Positions 1 to 8,512 of a stretch of DNA of 64,000 bases are shown piece by piece; position 1 is the stretch's first letter; each line of letters opens with the position of its first letter. Made by a program: the position numbers and the translations under genes. Origin of the DNA: Chitinophagales bacterium (GTDB lineage: Bacteria; Bacteroidota; Bacteroidia; Chitinophagales; Chitinophagaceae); the NCBI GenBank assembly GCA_038239385.1, contig JBBSEV010000016.1:14534-78533 (forward strand). The letters are read 5' to 3'. Below the pieces are notes generated by a model, which was given only the letters and a program-made list of their open reading frames with translations, was not told the origin of the DNA and did not search any database.

Positions 1-514
1 CATTAAAGGCTGAACCGTGTGTACCCGTGGAAGTACAGCCTGCAATCGTTTGCCCGTTACTGGCGCCGGATGCTTTTAAAGACCTTTTTGGATTAGAATT
101 TAATTCCAGTTTTTCATTTACATCGAGCACACTCATACCGCATTCTACAAAAAAAAGATCGCCGGCACTTTTACCTTTTTGCAAATATGCCTGCGCTACA
201 AAAGAATTTTTAAGGTTATAAGAAAGCCTAAGTGCTTTGGTATCCACAAGCCCGCCCTCGCACACTGCCACTTCAGAAAATGACCAGCCATTTCCTAAGG
301 CCCGCATTTGGATATTATTATCAAGGGCATATTGAATAAGCCATTGAAAATTTTTAGTGGTATCAAGATATGGATTGGAAGATTGGGAAGAAGGAATTCT
401 TAATTTGAACGAGGCGTTCTCTTTGAAATTGTGTACAAAATTCTGATGACCGTTTTCCCATTTTGTGATGGACAATCTTTCAATGCCGTCCGGTAATTTG
501 GTTATAGTTGCCAT
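1..514 (-). CDS. FAD-binding (PCMH-type) oxidoreductase, N-terminal part; the 3' end runs off the left edge of the window
   Basis: Absent from the ORF track because it has no stop in the window. The reverse strand from the ATG at 514 reads MATITKLPDGIERLSITKWENGHQNF...RALGNGWSFSEV...ASGASNGQTIAGCTSTGTHGSAFN and stays open to position 1. The GNGWSFS and STGTHGS motifs resemble FAD-linked sugar-lactone oxidase family motifs. Confidence 0.6.
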   Translation of the reverse strand, partial: MATITKLPDGIERLSITKWENGHQNFVHNFKENASFKLRIPSSQSSNPYLDTTKNFQWLIQYALDNNIQMRALGNGWSFSEVAVCEGGLVDTKALRLSYNLKNSFVAQAYLQKGKSAGDLFFVECGMSVLDVNEKLELNSNPKRSLKASGASNGQTIAGCTSTGTHGSAFN

Positions 515-525
515 AATTAATTTGG

Positions 526-879
526 TTAATGACCTAATGAATCTGTAGGAGGACTGTAAGGGGCGCAACACCATTCAACCCTTTGTGGCATTACGATACC
601 CAATGTTACTACTGATATCAATGCAAAGCCAAGGTTATTTTTTACAGTTACTTTATTCATGTGATTGAACCTGCTGTCGCACTTTGGATTTATATCTTTT
701 GGCTGTACAAGTCCCCAGGCAAATGACCAGGTTGTTTTTTTATTCAGGGGATTGTTGGCAAATGTATCACAGTCATATTTTGATACAATATGCGTGGTAG
801 TACAGGAAATAAAAGAGGAAGAGCAAATGTACATTGCGATAAAGATTACGCATTTGCCGGGATATTTGTTTCTAAGCAT
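526..879 (-). CDS. Bor-like small lipoprotein
   Basis: Signal peptide with a lipobox (SSFISC). The C-terminal WSFAWGLVQPK...C...VVTLGIVMPQRVEWCC resembles the Bor family pattern (G.GQKK..C...ITLGIYTP...VYC). Confidence 0.5.
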   Translation of the reverse strand: MLRNKYPGKCVIFIAMYICSSSFISCTTTHIVSKYDCDTFANNPLNKKTTWSFAWGLVQPKDINPKCDSRFNHMNKVTVKNNLGFALISVVTLGIVMPQRVEWCCAPYSPPTDSLGH

Positions 880-1027
880 TTTAAATAATTTATTGTAGTG
901 ATTACTGCCGGGAAATAAAGCGGAATAAAGGTTTAAAATACAGCAAAGAATTTATTGGTACAAGGGTTTTAATTTTTTTTGCATCCGGATAGTTAAGGTA
1001 TTATTCGCTGTGAGATTCTGAACGTGA

Positions 1028-1504
1028 TTATTTACAGTTAGTTTTAATAAAGGCCCTTCCGTTCTGAAATTGTAACAGCGATATGTTTTTAAATTTTGCC
1101 GTATCCCCTTTCACATCTGTATCTCCAAAACCTTCAATGAGTGAGTCGCCATGTATTTTAAAAACTACCTGTCTTACTGATGTCATACCTTCTGATTGAA
1201 AAGTATAGTCTGCAATAACGAGGCTCTCTTGTATTGAGCCATTAATAGTGCCTCTGTTACCATCCTTTTCATATAAACTATAATTAAGTTTACCTGAAAT
1301 ATTATTGCCTGAAATATTAAGGTTTAATAATGCCGAATCTTTTTTTGCGATGTATGCATAGCAACCTGATATTATTAACGGCAGCTTGACGTCTTTTTCT
1401 AAGGCCGAAGAAGTATCCTTTATTATGGATTCAGATTTATCTTCTGAACTTTGAGAATTGCAGCCTGATAATAAAAGAAAAGTTAGAAAAATAATATTTT
1501 TCAT
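1028..1504 (-). CDS. Hypothetical lipoprotein
   Basis: The N-terminus MKNIIFLTFLLLSGCNS is a lipoprotein signal. Clean 158-aa ORF. I recognise no family. Confidence 0.6.
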   Translation of the reverse strand: MKNIIFLTFLLLSGCNSQSSEDKSESIIKDTSSALEKDVKLPLIISGCYAYIAKKDSALLNLNISGNNISGKLNYSLYEKDGNRGTINGSIQESLVIADYTFQSEGMTSVRQVVFKIHGDSLIEGFGDTDVKGDTAKFKNISLLQFQNGRAFIKTNCK

Positions 1505-1577
1505 AGAGATTCAACTTACATTTTCAAGACGGTAATATAAAAAATACCTTATGTAAAAATGAGCTTGAAAATATTAT

Positions 1578-2006
1578 TCAGGAATTAATATAATTATCAA
1601 GATGCCTGATTGTTTGCTGTTGCTTTAAGATGGTTTCTTTTACAACGTCAGTTATAGAAATTATTCCTTTAAGCTCATCTTTTACAAAAACGGGGAGGTA
1701 TCTTATTTTGCTATCAGTCATTAATTCCATACAATGTTCTACGGTATCTTCCGGCTTTATGTGAGGGAGATCGGAGGTCATGATCTCGCTTACCTTTGTA
1801 TTGGTGGAATTTTTTCCTTTTAATATTACTTTGCGGCAATAATCCCTCTCTGTTATAATTCCCATGTATTTATTATTCTCCATCACCATTACTGAGCCGA
1901 TATTATTATCTGCCATTACTTTTAATGCATCAATTACAGGTGTATCCGGAGTAACAGAAATAGCATTGCTGCCTTTACGGGAAAGAATGTCTGAAACATG
2001 ATTCAT
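1578..2006 (-). CDS. CBS domain-containing protein
   Basis: 142 aa with tandem CBS-like segments (VMENNKYMGIITERD; IRYLPVFVKDELKGIISITDV). Confidence 0.85.
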   Translation of the reverse strand: MNHVSDILSRKGSNAISVTPDTPVIDALKVMADNNIGSVMVMENNKYMGIITERDYCRKVILKGKNSTNTKVSEIMTSDLPHIKPEDTVEHCMELMTDSKIRYLPVFVKDELKGIISITDVVKETILKQQQTIRHLDNYINS

Positions 2007-2333
2007 AATAAAGAATTTTGAAAAGTAATATACTAAAAATAATCAAATTGTCTTTAAAGCATTATACAAAGGCGGGAAATCGGCTAATACATTTTTATAC
2101 CATTAAAATTAAATAAATGGTTTCACCTAAGTGTTTTGATTTCCCTATTACATATTTGCCCCTCATATACTCACTGCAATGAAGTGGGTCAAAAATTTGA
2201 ATTTTTGAATTTTAAATATTATTTTCGTGCCAATACACACAATACCCTAATCCTTTCCCTTATAAACTGCAACTTTTTTCCAGATCCCTTCGAAATACTT
2301 CTTTTAAATCACTTTTAAATTTAAACTGTAAGT

Positions 2334-2441
2334 ATGAAAAAAATGTACAAGACGGAAGTCGCAGACACGTTGGTAGCTATCGGTATTATAACCGGCTTCT
2401 ATGGTTTGATGGCTATCATTGCTTTACTTTTTGGAATGTAG
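2334..2441 (+). CDS. Putative 35-aa hydrophobic small protein
   Basis: ATG at 2334 and TAG at 2439-2441. Peptide MKKMYKTEVADTLVAIGIITGFYGLMAIIALLFGM has one predicted TM helix. A stem-loop terminator follows about 30 nt downstream. Too short for the ORF track. Confidence 0.35.
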   Translation: MKKMYKTEVADTLVAIGIITGFYGLMAIIALLFGM

Positions 2442-2471
2442 TTTAAACTGCATTACACAAAATTTCTTATG

Positions 2472-2499
2472 GCACAGGTATATCCTGTGCTTTTTTTTT
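2472..2499 (+). terminator. Rho-independent terminator
   Basis: gcacagg-tatat-cctgtgc followed by a run of 9 T. Confidence 0.6.
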
Positions 2500-2525
2500 G
2501 TTCACAAAAGATTGGAAATGAAGAA

Positions 2526-4370
2526 TTAATTATCCATGACCGGAAGTTCAATGTAAGTTGAATTTTTTGAAGAAATGTAAACACGTTGTTCTGCTTTTAT
2601 AAAATCACTTTCTTTTGCTTCAAAAATGTTAGCTACAAATTTCTGGGGGTTTCGGTCTATTAAAGGAAACCAGGTACTTTGCACCTGAACCATAATATGG
2701 TGCCCTTTTTTAAATACGTGATTTATATCGTGTAAATCAATTACAAATTCTTCTGCCTTGCCAGGAACTAATGGCGCAGGTTCAGAAAAACTTTTTCTAA
2801 ATCTTCCTCTGAATACTTCCATTGCTACAGGAAAATGAAAGCCGCTCATTAAAAAGTTTTTCTGATCAAAAGAAGGATAAACATCAATCAATTTTACAAT
2901 CCAATCTGCATCGGTACCACTGGTGCTTGCAAATAGATGCGCTTTTATTTTTCCGGTTACAGTAATATCTTCTGTAAGTGAGTCCATTGTAAAACTTATT
3001 ACATCGGGGCGGGAAGTAACAAATCGCTGATCTTCCACCTGCCATGGCCTCCAGCGACTGCCTCGCCCATAAGTTGCCTCAATAGGCAAGATACGATATG
3101 GGACAGGTTTAGCCGGATCACTTATATAGCTTACATAATCGTTTTGAGAAATGGGCTTTGTAAACGATGCCGAATTGCCAGGGCCAGCATACAACTTTTT
3201 GATGGTTACTCCTTCAGGAGGCCAGCTTTTATACGTTTTCCATCGGTTACTTCCGGTTTGAAAACAGGTAGCCTCATCAAATTTTCCATCTCCTATTCCC
3301 TTTAGCCAGAAATCAAACCATTTTTTTTGCAGGTCACGAAACCAAACTCCTGTATTTGATTCAAAAGAAATTTTGCCAAGGCTATCTCCGTTACCTCTTC
3401 CCCATTGACCATGGTTCCAGGGGCCAAGTATAATAAAATTCCTGTTGAATGTATCTTTTTTTTCCATTGTGGAATACATAAGCTGAGGCCCGTTAATATC
3501 TTCCTGGTCATAATAGCCGCCTACATGTAATTGAGGTATTTCAGGATATTGTATATACTGCAGTGGAGAATTTTTCTGCCAGTACGCATCATAGTCAGGA
3601 TGATCAACGAAGCTATTCCATGTTGGAATTTTGTTGTGAAAATATTTTTGATTTACATTTTTTAATGAACCGAGGTGCAGGTACCAATTGTATAAATCGC
3701 ATTGCGGAAAAGGAAAATTACTATCGGTAGTTTTATCATATTCTACCTCATAAGAATATTCCATTCCATAGCTCAGGCGAAAAGCCCCGTTGTGATGAAA
3801 ATCATCTCCAAGAAATAAATCACTCATACACGCCTGTTCTGATGATGCTTTTAAAGCCGGGTGAGGATCCACCGCTCCTACTAATGCGAGCCATCCAGGA
3901 TAGGATATTCCTAATATTCCTGCTTTACCATTATTATTTTTTTCATTTTTTATTAACCAGTCAACGGTATCCCAGGTATCAGTACTTTCATCAATGGTAC
4001 CTTTTACCTTTGTATGAGTTATTGGCTGGTGAATTTGCATACTTCCTTCACTCATGTATTTTCCACGGATATCCTGTAAAACAAAAATATACCCCTCTTT
4101 AGCCATGTTTGCTACATAAGTATAGTCATCAAGTGTAAAAGTTCCTTCTGACGGATAGCGGGTTTTTGCACCGTAAGGAGTACGTGTAATAAGAATAGGC
4201 AAAGAAGCTTTGGCATTTACGGGGCTTATAATTTCTGTAAATAGCTTTACACCATCCCGCATCGGTATCATTACATCTTTTTTTGAATAAAGAAGAATAC
4301 TATCAGTCTGACCAAATGAGATGTGACTGAAATTACAAGTAAGAAGGAGTGCGCAAAATATTTTTTTCAT
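2526..4370 (-). CDS. CocE/NonD family hydrolase (S15 Xaa-Pro dipeptidyl-peptidase-like), secreted
   Basis: 614 aa with a signal peptide. Features include ILITRTPYG, the serine nucleophile context GILGISYPGW, and the C-terminal beta-sandwich region typical of the family. Confidence 0.85.
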   Translation of the reverse strand: MKKIFCALLLTCNFSHISFGQTDSILLYSKKDVMIPMRDGVKLFTEIISPVNAKASLPILITRTPYGAKTRYPSEGTFTLDDYTYVANMAKEGYIFVLQDIRGKYMSEGSMQIHQPITHTKVKGTIDESTDTWDTVDWLIKNEKNNNGKAGILGISYPGWLALVGAVDPHPALKASSEQACMSDLFLGDDFHHNGAFRLSYGMEYSYEVEYDKTTDSNFPFPQCDLYNWYLHLGSLKNVNQKYFHNKIPTWNSFVDHPDYDAYWQKNSPLQYIQYPEIPQLHVGGYYDQEDINGPQLMYSTMEKKDTFNRNFIILGPWNHGQWGRGNGDSLGKISFESNTGVWFRDLQKKWFDFWLKGIGDGKFDEATCFQTGSNRWKTYKSWPPEGVTIKKLYAGPGNSASFTKPISQNDYVSYISDPAKPVPYRILPIEATYGRGSRWRPWQVEDQRFVTSRPDVISFTMDSLTEDITVTGKIKAHLFASTSGTDADWIVKLIDVYPSFDQKNFLMSGFHFPVAMEVFRGRFRKSFSEPAPLVPGKAEEFVIDLHDINHVFKKGHHIMVQVQSTWFPLIDRNPQKFVANIFEAKESDFIKAEQRVYISSKNSTYIELPVMDN

Positions 4371-4397
4371 ATTTTATAGATAATAAACTTATAAAGA

Positions 4398-4844
4398 TTA
4401 AGTAAGCATAACCTTTTGCATAACATCACCCCCTTTAATACTATCAAGTATATCCAGTCCTTCTGTTACTTTACCGAAACAGGTATGTACACCATCAAGG
4501 TGTTTTGTATTTGAGCGATTATGACAAATGAAGAATTGTGAGCCACCGGTATTTGGCCCCCTGTGCGCCATTGACATTACACCGCGATCATGTTGTTGCC
4601 TTTTTCCTTTTGTTTCGCAATCTATAGTGTAGCCCGGCCCTCCGGCTCCTGTACCATTTGGGCAGCCGCCCTGCACCATAAAATCGGGAATTACCCGGTG
4701 AAAAGTTAAGCCATCATAATAACCCTCGGAAATTAATTTTTTAAAATTAGCTACAGTACCAGGAGCATCATCGTCATACAATTCAAATTTTAAATTTCCT
4801 TTCACAGTTTGAATTTCACCGGTAGTAAATTTTGTATCGTTCAT
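4398..4844 (-). CDS. ppiB: Cyclophilin-type peptidyl-prolyl cis-trans isomerase
   Basis: Motifs [30 protein letters not shown] and [12 protein letters not shown]. No signal peptide. Confidence 0.93.
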   Translation of the reverse strand: MNDTKFTTGEIQTVKGNLKFELYDDDAPGTVANFKKLISEGYYDGLTFHRVIPDFMVQGGCPNGTGAGGPGYTIDCETKGKRQQHDRGVMSMAHRGPNTGGSQFFICHNRSNTKHLDGVHTCFGKVTEGLDILDSIKGGDVMQKVMLT

Positions 4845-4848
4845 TTTA

Positions 4849-4881
4849 TTTTGTTTTCGTTTTGTTTTCGTTTTGTTTTTT
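4849..4881. repeat. Three tandem copies of an 11-nt unit (ttttgttttcg) in the ppiB leader
   Basis: 4849-4859 and 4860-4870 are identical and 4871-4881 is degenerate. On the coding (minus) strand this is an A-rich leader immediately 5' of the ATG at 4844. Confidence 0.7.
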
Positions 4882-4934
4882 GCGAAAATAATGCATAACC
4901 CTCATTGATTTTTAAAGGCTTTAATTAGGCCTTC

Positions 4935-5402
4935 TCAGTACACATCTATTATCATGTATTCTTTCTTGTTGAAAAGAATCACGTCTCCTGGTTTTTTCCC
5001 GGATAGTATTTTAGAAACAGGCGCTTCCGGAGATACAAGAAAAACGACTTTATTTTCAAAAATTAATTTGCCAAGGCCCGTGGCAATAAAGAATGAAATT
5101 GTTTCACAATTAACAAGGCTTCCTTTTTGCCCAGAATTATAAATCTCATTGCAGTCAATCGAAAATAAAGATTCAAGCTCTTTCATATTAGCTGATAATT
5201 GCTTCGCATGCATATCCTTTTCTAAATGACTCATTGCACGTGATGTTTCATACTTGTCGCCGGCACTGCTTTTTTCTTCGCTGTTAGCCATGGATTGGGC
5301 TTCGTTCATTGAACTGCGTATGGAAGCAGCACGTTCCTCAAATATGTCAACGCATTTTTTTTGTAGCCTTTTTTTATGTTCTCTTTTTTCTGGTTCTGTC
5401 AT
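4935..5402 (-). CDS. GreA/GreB C-terminal-domain-like protein
   Basis: Coiled-coil-like N-terminal half. The C-terminal LSGKKPGDVILFNKKEYMIIDVY resembles the GreA C-terminal domain. I prefer the internal ATG (MTEPEK) at 5402 over the track start at 5423. Confidence 0.5.
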   Translation of the reverse strand: MTEPEKREHKKRLQKKCVDIFEERAASIRSSMNEAQSMANSEEKSSAGDKYETSRAMSHLEKDMHAKQLSANMKELESLFSIDCNEIYNSGQKGSLVNCETISFFIATGLGKLIFENKVVFLVSPEAPVSKILSGKKPGDVILFNKKEYMIIDVY

Positions 5403-6147
5403 TTTTATTATACATTCTATCAATTCTCTTTAAATCATCAAAAGACAAGTCAAGTAATTCGTACCCGGCTGCATCCGGAAGACTAAAATGCCACCATTCG
5501 GTATCAAGGCTAATGAAACCATACTTTTCCATTACTGATTTCAATAGGTTTCGGTTATGCAAAACTCGGGATGGTAATGCGGTAAAATCAATGTGGGCAG
5601 TATCACTAAAATTATCAAAACCAGTGCCCATTGACAATTCATTTTTTGTAATCATATCTACAAGAGTTAAATCAACGGCTATGCCCCTGTTATGCCCGCT
5701 TCCCTTTGCAGGGTCAGCCGCATACCGATCATCTTTTACTATTTTCCACATTTTTTCTGTAATAGAATGTGGCCTATATGCATCAAATATTTTTAAGGTG
5801 ATATTTTCATTTTTTAATTCTGCTGAAACTTTTTGCAAAGCATTTGCCACAATGGCCCGCAGGTAAGTTGTATGTACGCGAGAATATAATTTTTGATTCA
5901 TAAAATTATTTGATGTTGCATACCTGAGATCCAAAATTATACCTGGCAGGCAATTTAAAATATTCACCATACGTTTATTGGTATCAGCAGCAATGGACTT
6001 TTCATAGCTATTTATATCATTTATTATATATAAGCCATATTTATTTGCGACATTTAATTGAGCAGAGGCATGTATATTTATCCAAAAATAATTTATTGAA
6101 AAAAATAATAATATACGGAACATAGAATTTAGTTTTCGGATTATCAT
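5374..6147 (-). CDS. ddpX: D-alanyl-D-alanine dipeptidase (M15D, VanX/DdpX type) with an N-terminal signal-like segment
   Basis: Motifs DAYRP, SGHNRGIAVDLTL and EWWHF. The N-terminus FRILLFFSINYFWINIHASAQ looks like a signal peptide. Confidence 0.85.
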   Translation of the reverse strand: MIIRKLNSMFRILLFFSINYFWINIHASAQLNVANKYGLYIINDINSYEKSIAADTNKRMVNILNCLPGIILDLRYATSNNFMNQKLYSRVHTTYLRAIVANALQKVSAELKNENITLKIFDAYRPHSITEKMWKIVKDDRYAADPAKGSGHNRGIAVDLTLVDMITKNELSMGTGFDNFSDTAHIDFTALPSRVLHNRNLLKSVMEKYGFISLDTEWWHFSLPDAAGYELLDLSFDDLKRIDRMYNKNDRTRKKRT

Positions 6148-6197
6148 TTTTCTGGACGTTAAGTAAAAATCATCATAGATAATTTCATTATAATAGA

Positions 6198-7883
6198 ATG
6201 AAAAGAATACTTCTAATTTACATTTTTTTTATTCTTACCATTCCTGCTCATTTGCTAAGCTGCAAAAATCACACTCCCCCTGCCAAAAAAGAAATTGTAA
6301 AAAAACCTGAGGAGATGGATGACAAAATTTCTGACAATATAAAATCATTTTTGCAATACGCGGATGATAATAATGGTAAGATTGACGATTCAATCAAATT
6401 ATATCTTTATCACATTGTGTATTCTTTTTATGAACAAAATGATTATCATAACCTGTGGAGCAAAAAAGAACACTGGAGCCCATTAGCTGATTCTATGTTT
6501 CAGTTTATTGAAAAATCAAAATACTATGGCCTTTACGAAAATGATTACCATTTTAAAAATCTGTCGCTATTAAGAAAAAAATTTATAGAAGATACCCTGG
6601 CAAGAAAAGATGCAGTTTTGTGGACGAAAGCTGACCTCATGCTAAGTGATGCGTTCATGAAAACCATTAAAGACCTTAAGGAAGGGAGGATGCTTCATGA
6701 TAGTATTTCAATAATATCAAAAAAGGAATATGCAGATTCCTTTTTTATAATAAATTTAAAAACAGCGGTTGATCTGAATTCTATAGTAACAGTTTTCAAT
6801 AAAGTTGAACCATCCAATAATGATTATCAATTACTAAAAGATGCGTTAAAGAACTTTGTTGATTCCATGGATACTACCAGGCATGTGTACATTTATTATC
6901 CCCAAAAAGATTCTTTAAATCTTATTAAAACCCTACAGCAAAGACTTTCAGAAACTGGAGTGGCAGATAAAAATGTTTTACTCCCGGATTCTATTTTGCT
7001 AAGCCAGGAAATAAAAAAATTCCAAAGCAATAATAAATTGAAACCCGATGGAAAAGCCACCGGCAAGTTAATAGCTATTTTGAATTCTACGGATGTAGAA
7101 AAATTTAAGCGAATTGCAATTACACTTGATCGTTATAAACGCCTGCCTGTGCTTCCAGCAAGTTATGTATGGGTTAACTTACCGGCATTCTATTTAAAAG
7201 TATGGGATCATGACAGTCTCATTCTCGTTTCGAAAGTAATTGTAGGTAAACCAACTACTCGTACACCTGTCCTTACTTCGCGTATTACAGATATGGTTTC
7301 TTACCCTCAATGGACCATTCCTGCCAGTATAATTAAAAATGATATACTTCCCGCTTTAAAAAAAGATCCCGGTTATCTCGAACGAAAAGGATTTAGTCTT
7401 GTTGATTCAAAAGGCGAAAGCGTAGATCCTTATACGGTTAACTGGGAAAGATATAAAAAGGAAATACCATGGAAGGTACAGCAAGGCAGTGGGGATGATA
7501 ATGCTCTTGGTATTTTTAAATTTAATTTCAATAATCCATTTAATGTTTATCTACACGATACCAATCAGCGATACTTGTTTAAAAATTCTTTCAGGGCGTT
7601 AAGCCATGGATGCGTTCGTGTACAAGACTGGCAGGGGCTTGCATATTTCATTGCAAGGAACGATAGCCTGAACCTTGCTGAAGGGCAAAAGATTTCATAC
7701 AATGAAGATTCGATAAAAACATGGGTGAATAATAAAAGCAGGAAGCGCATAATGCTACAAAATAAGTTGCCACTTTATATACAATATTATACCTGTGAGG
7801 CGAAAAATAAAGAAGTCATATTTTATGATGATATTTACAGTGAAGACAAATTTTACGCTGAAAAATATTTCGCAAATAAATAA
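6198..7883 (+). CDS. L,D-transpeptidase (YkuD domain, YcbB/LdtD-like long form)
   Basis: 561 aa with a lipoprotein-like signal (HLLSCKN). The catalytic motif is YLHDTN...ALSHGCVRV. Confidence 0.9.
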   Translation: MKRILLIYIFFILTIPAHLLSCKNHTPPAKKEIVKKPEEMDDKISDNIKSFLQYADDNNGKIDDSIKLYLYHIVYSFYEQNDYHNLWSKKEHWSPLADSMFQFIEKSKYYGLYENDYHFKNLSLLRKKFIEDTLARKDAVLWTKADLMLSDAFMKTIKDLKEGRMLHDSISIISKKEYADSFFIINLKTAVDLNSIVTVFNKVEPSNNDYQLLKDALKNFVDSMDTTRHVYIYYPQKDSLNLIKTLQQRLSETGVADKNVLLPDSILLSQEIKKFQSNNKLKPDGKATGKLIAILNSTDVEKFKRIAITLDRYKRLPVLPASYVWVNLPAFYLKVWDHDSLILVSKVIVGKPTTRTPVLTSRITDMVSYPQWTIPASIIKNDILPALKKDPGYLERKGFSLVDSKGESVDPYTVNWERYKKEIPWKVQQGSGDDNALGIFKFNFNNPFNVYLHDTNQRYLFKNSFRALSHGCVRVQDWQGLAYFIARNDSLNLAEGQKISYNEDSIKTWVNNKSRKRIMLQNKLPLYIQYYTCEAKNKEVIFYDDIYSEDKFYAEKYFANK

Positions 7884-7943
7884 TTACATATTCGTTTATT
7901 ACATACAGTTATGTTCTGAGATACATATCGAAATTGTATAATT

Positions 7944-8360
7944 ATGAAACCTGTTTTGCTTGTAATAATATTGACGGGTCTTTTTTTCAGTGAGTCTAAT
8001 GCACAAAAAAAGATAAAACATAAATACTCAATTTCTCATACTATACCCATAATTAAATATGGCACCGCCAGCTATTATGCAAAGAAATTTGATAAACGGC
8101 AAACAGCAAGCGGGGAGATTTACAGATCCGAAAAATATTCTGCAGCCTGTAACGTCCTTCCTTTACGCACCTGGATAAAGGTTACTAACCTGAGAAATAA
8201 TAAGTCACTGATAGTAAAGATTAATGACCGGCTCCACCCTAAAAATAAACGCCTCCTGGATTTATCCTGGATCGCGGCCAAAGAACTTGGATATATCTCA
8301 CGGGGATTAACAAAGGTTAAAATTGAAGTTCTTAAGGATTTTCATTTAGCCATCGATTAA
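7944..8360 (+). CDS. rlpA: RlpA-like septal ring lytic transglycosylase (DPBB domain)
   Basis: Signal peptide, then GTASYYAKKFDKRQTASGEIY...AACNVLPLRTWIKVTNLRNNKSLIVKINDR. Confidence 0.85.
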   Translation: MKPVLLVIILTGLFFSESNAQKKIKHKYSISHTIPIIKYGTASYYAKKFDKRQTASGEIYRSEKYSAACNVLPLRTWIKVTNLRNNKSLIVKINDRLHPKNKRLLDLSWIAAKELGYISRGLTKVKIEVLKDFHLAID

Positions 8361-8481
8361 AGGTTCTATTGTATAAATTTATTCATTCCTTAATCTTTTT
8401 GAAGCGTATATTTTACTCAACTTCTTTAACTCTATTGTGAGTTTTTTGATTATTTAATTTCATCTTTTGGTATTAACCGGC

Positions 8482-8489
8482 TATTTTTG
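8482..8489 (+). promoter_or_regulatory. Bacteroidota -7 promoter box (TAnnTTTG)
   Basis: TATTTTTG lies 24 nt upstream of the ompA-like ATG at 8513. Confidence 0.45.
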
Positions 8490-8512
8490 TTTAAAGAAAA
8501 TGAAACTCCTTT

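Noticed and set aside
27-221. 64-aa plus-strand ORF from the track.
   Set aside because: It lies antisense within the much better supported minus-strand FAD-oxidoreductase reading frame (1-514) and has no recognisable motifs.
5309-5866. 185-aa plus-strand ORF.
   Set aside because: It is an antisense shadow of the VanX-type dipeptidase and GreA-like genes. The product is low-complexity and Phe/Ser-rich with no motifs.
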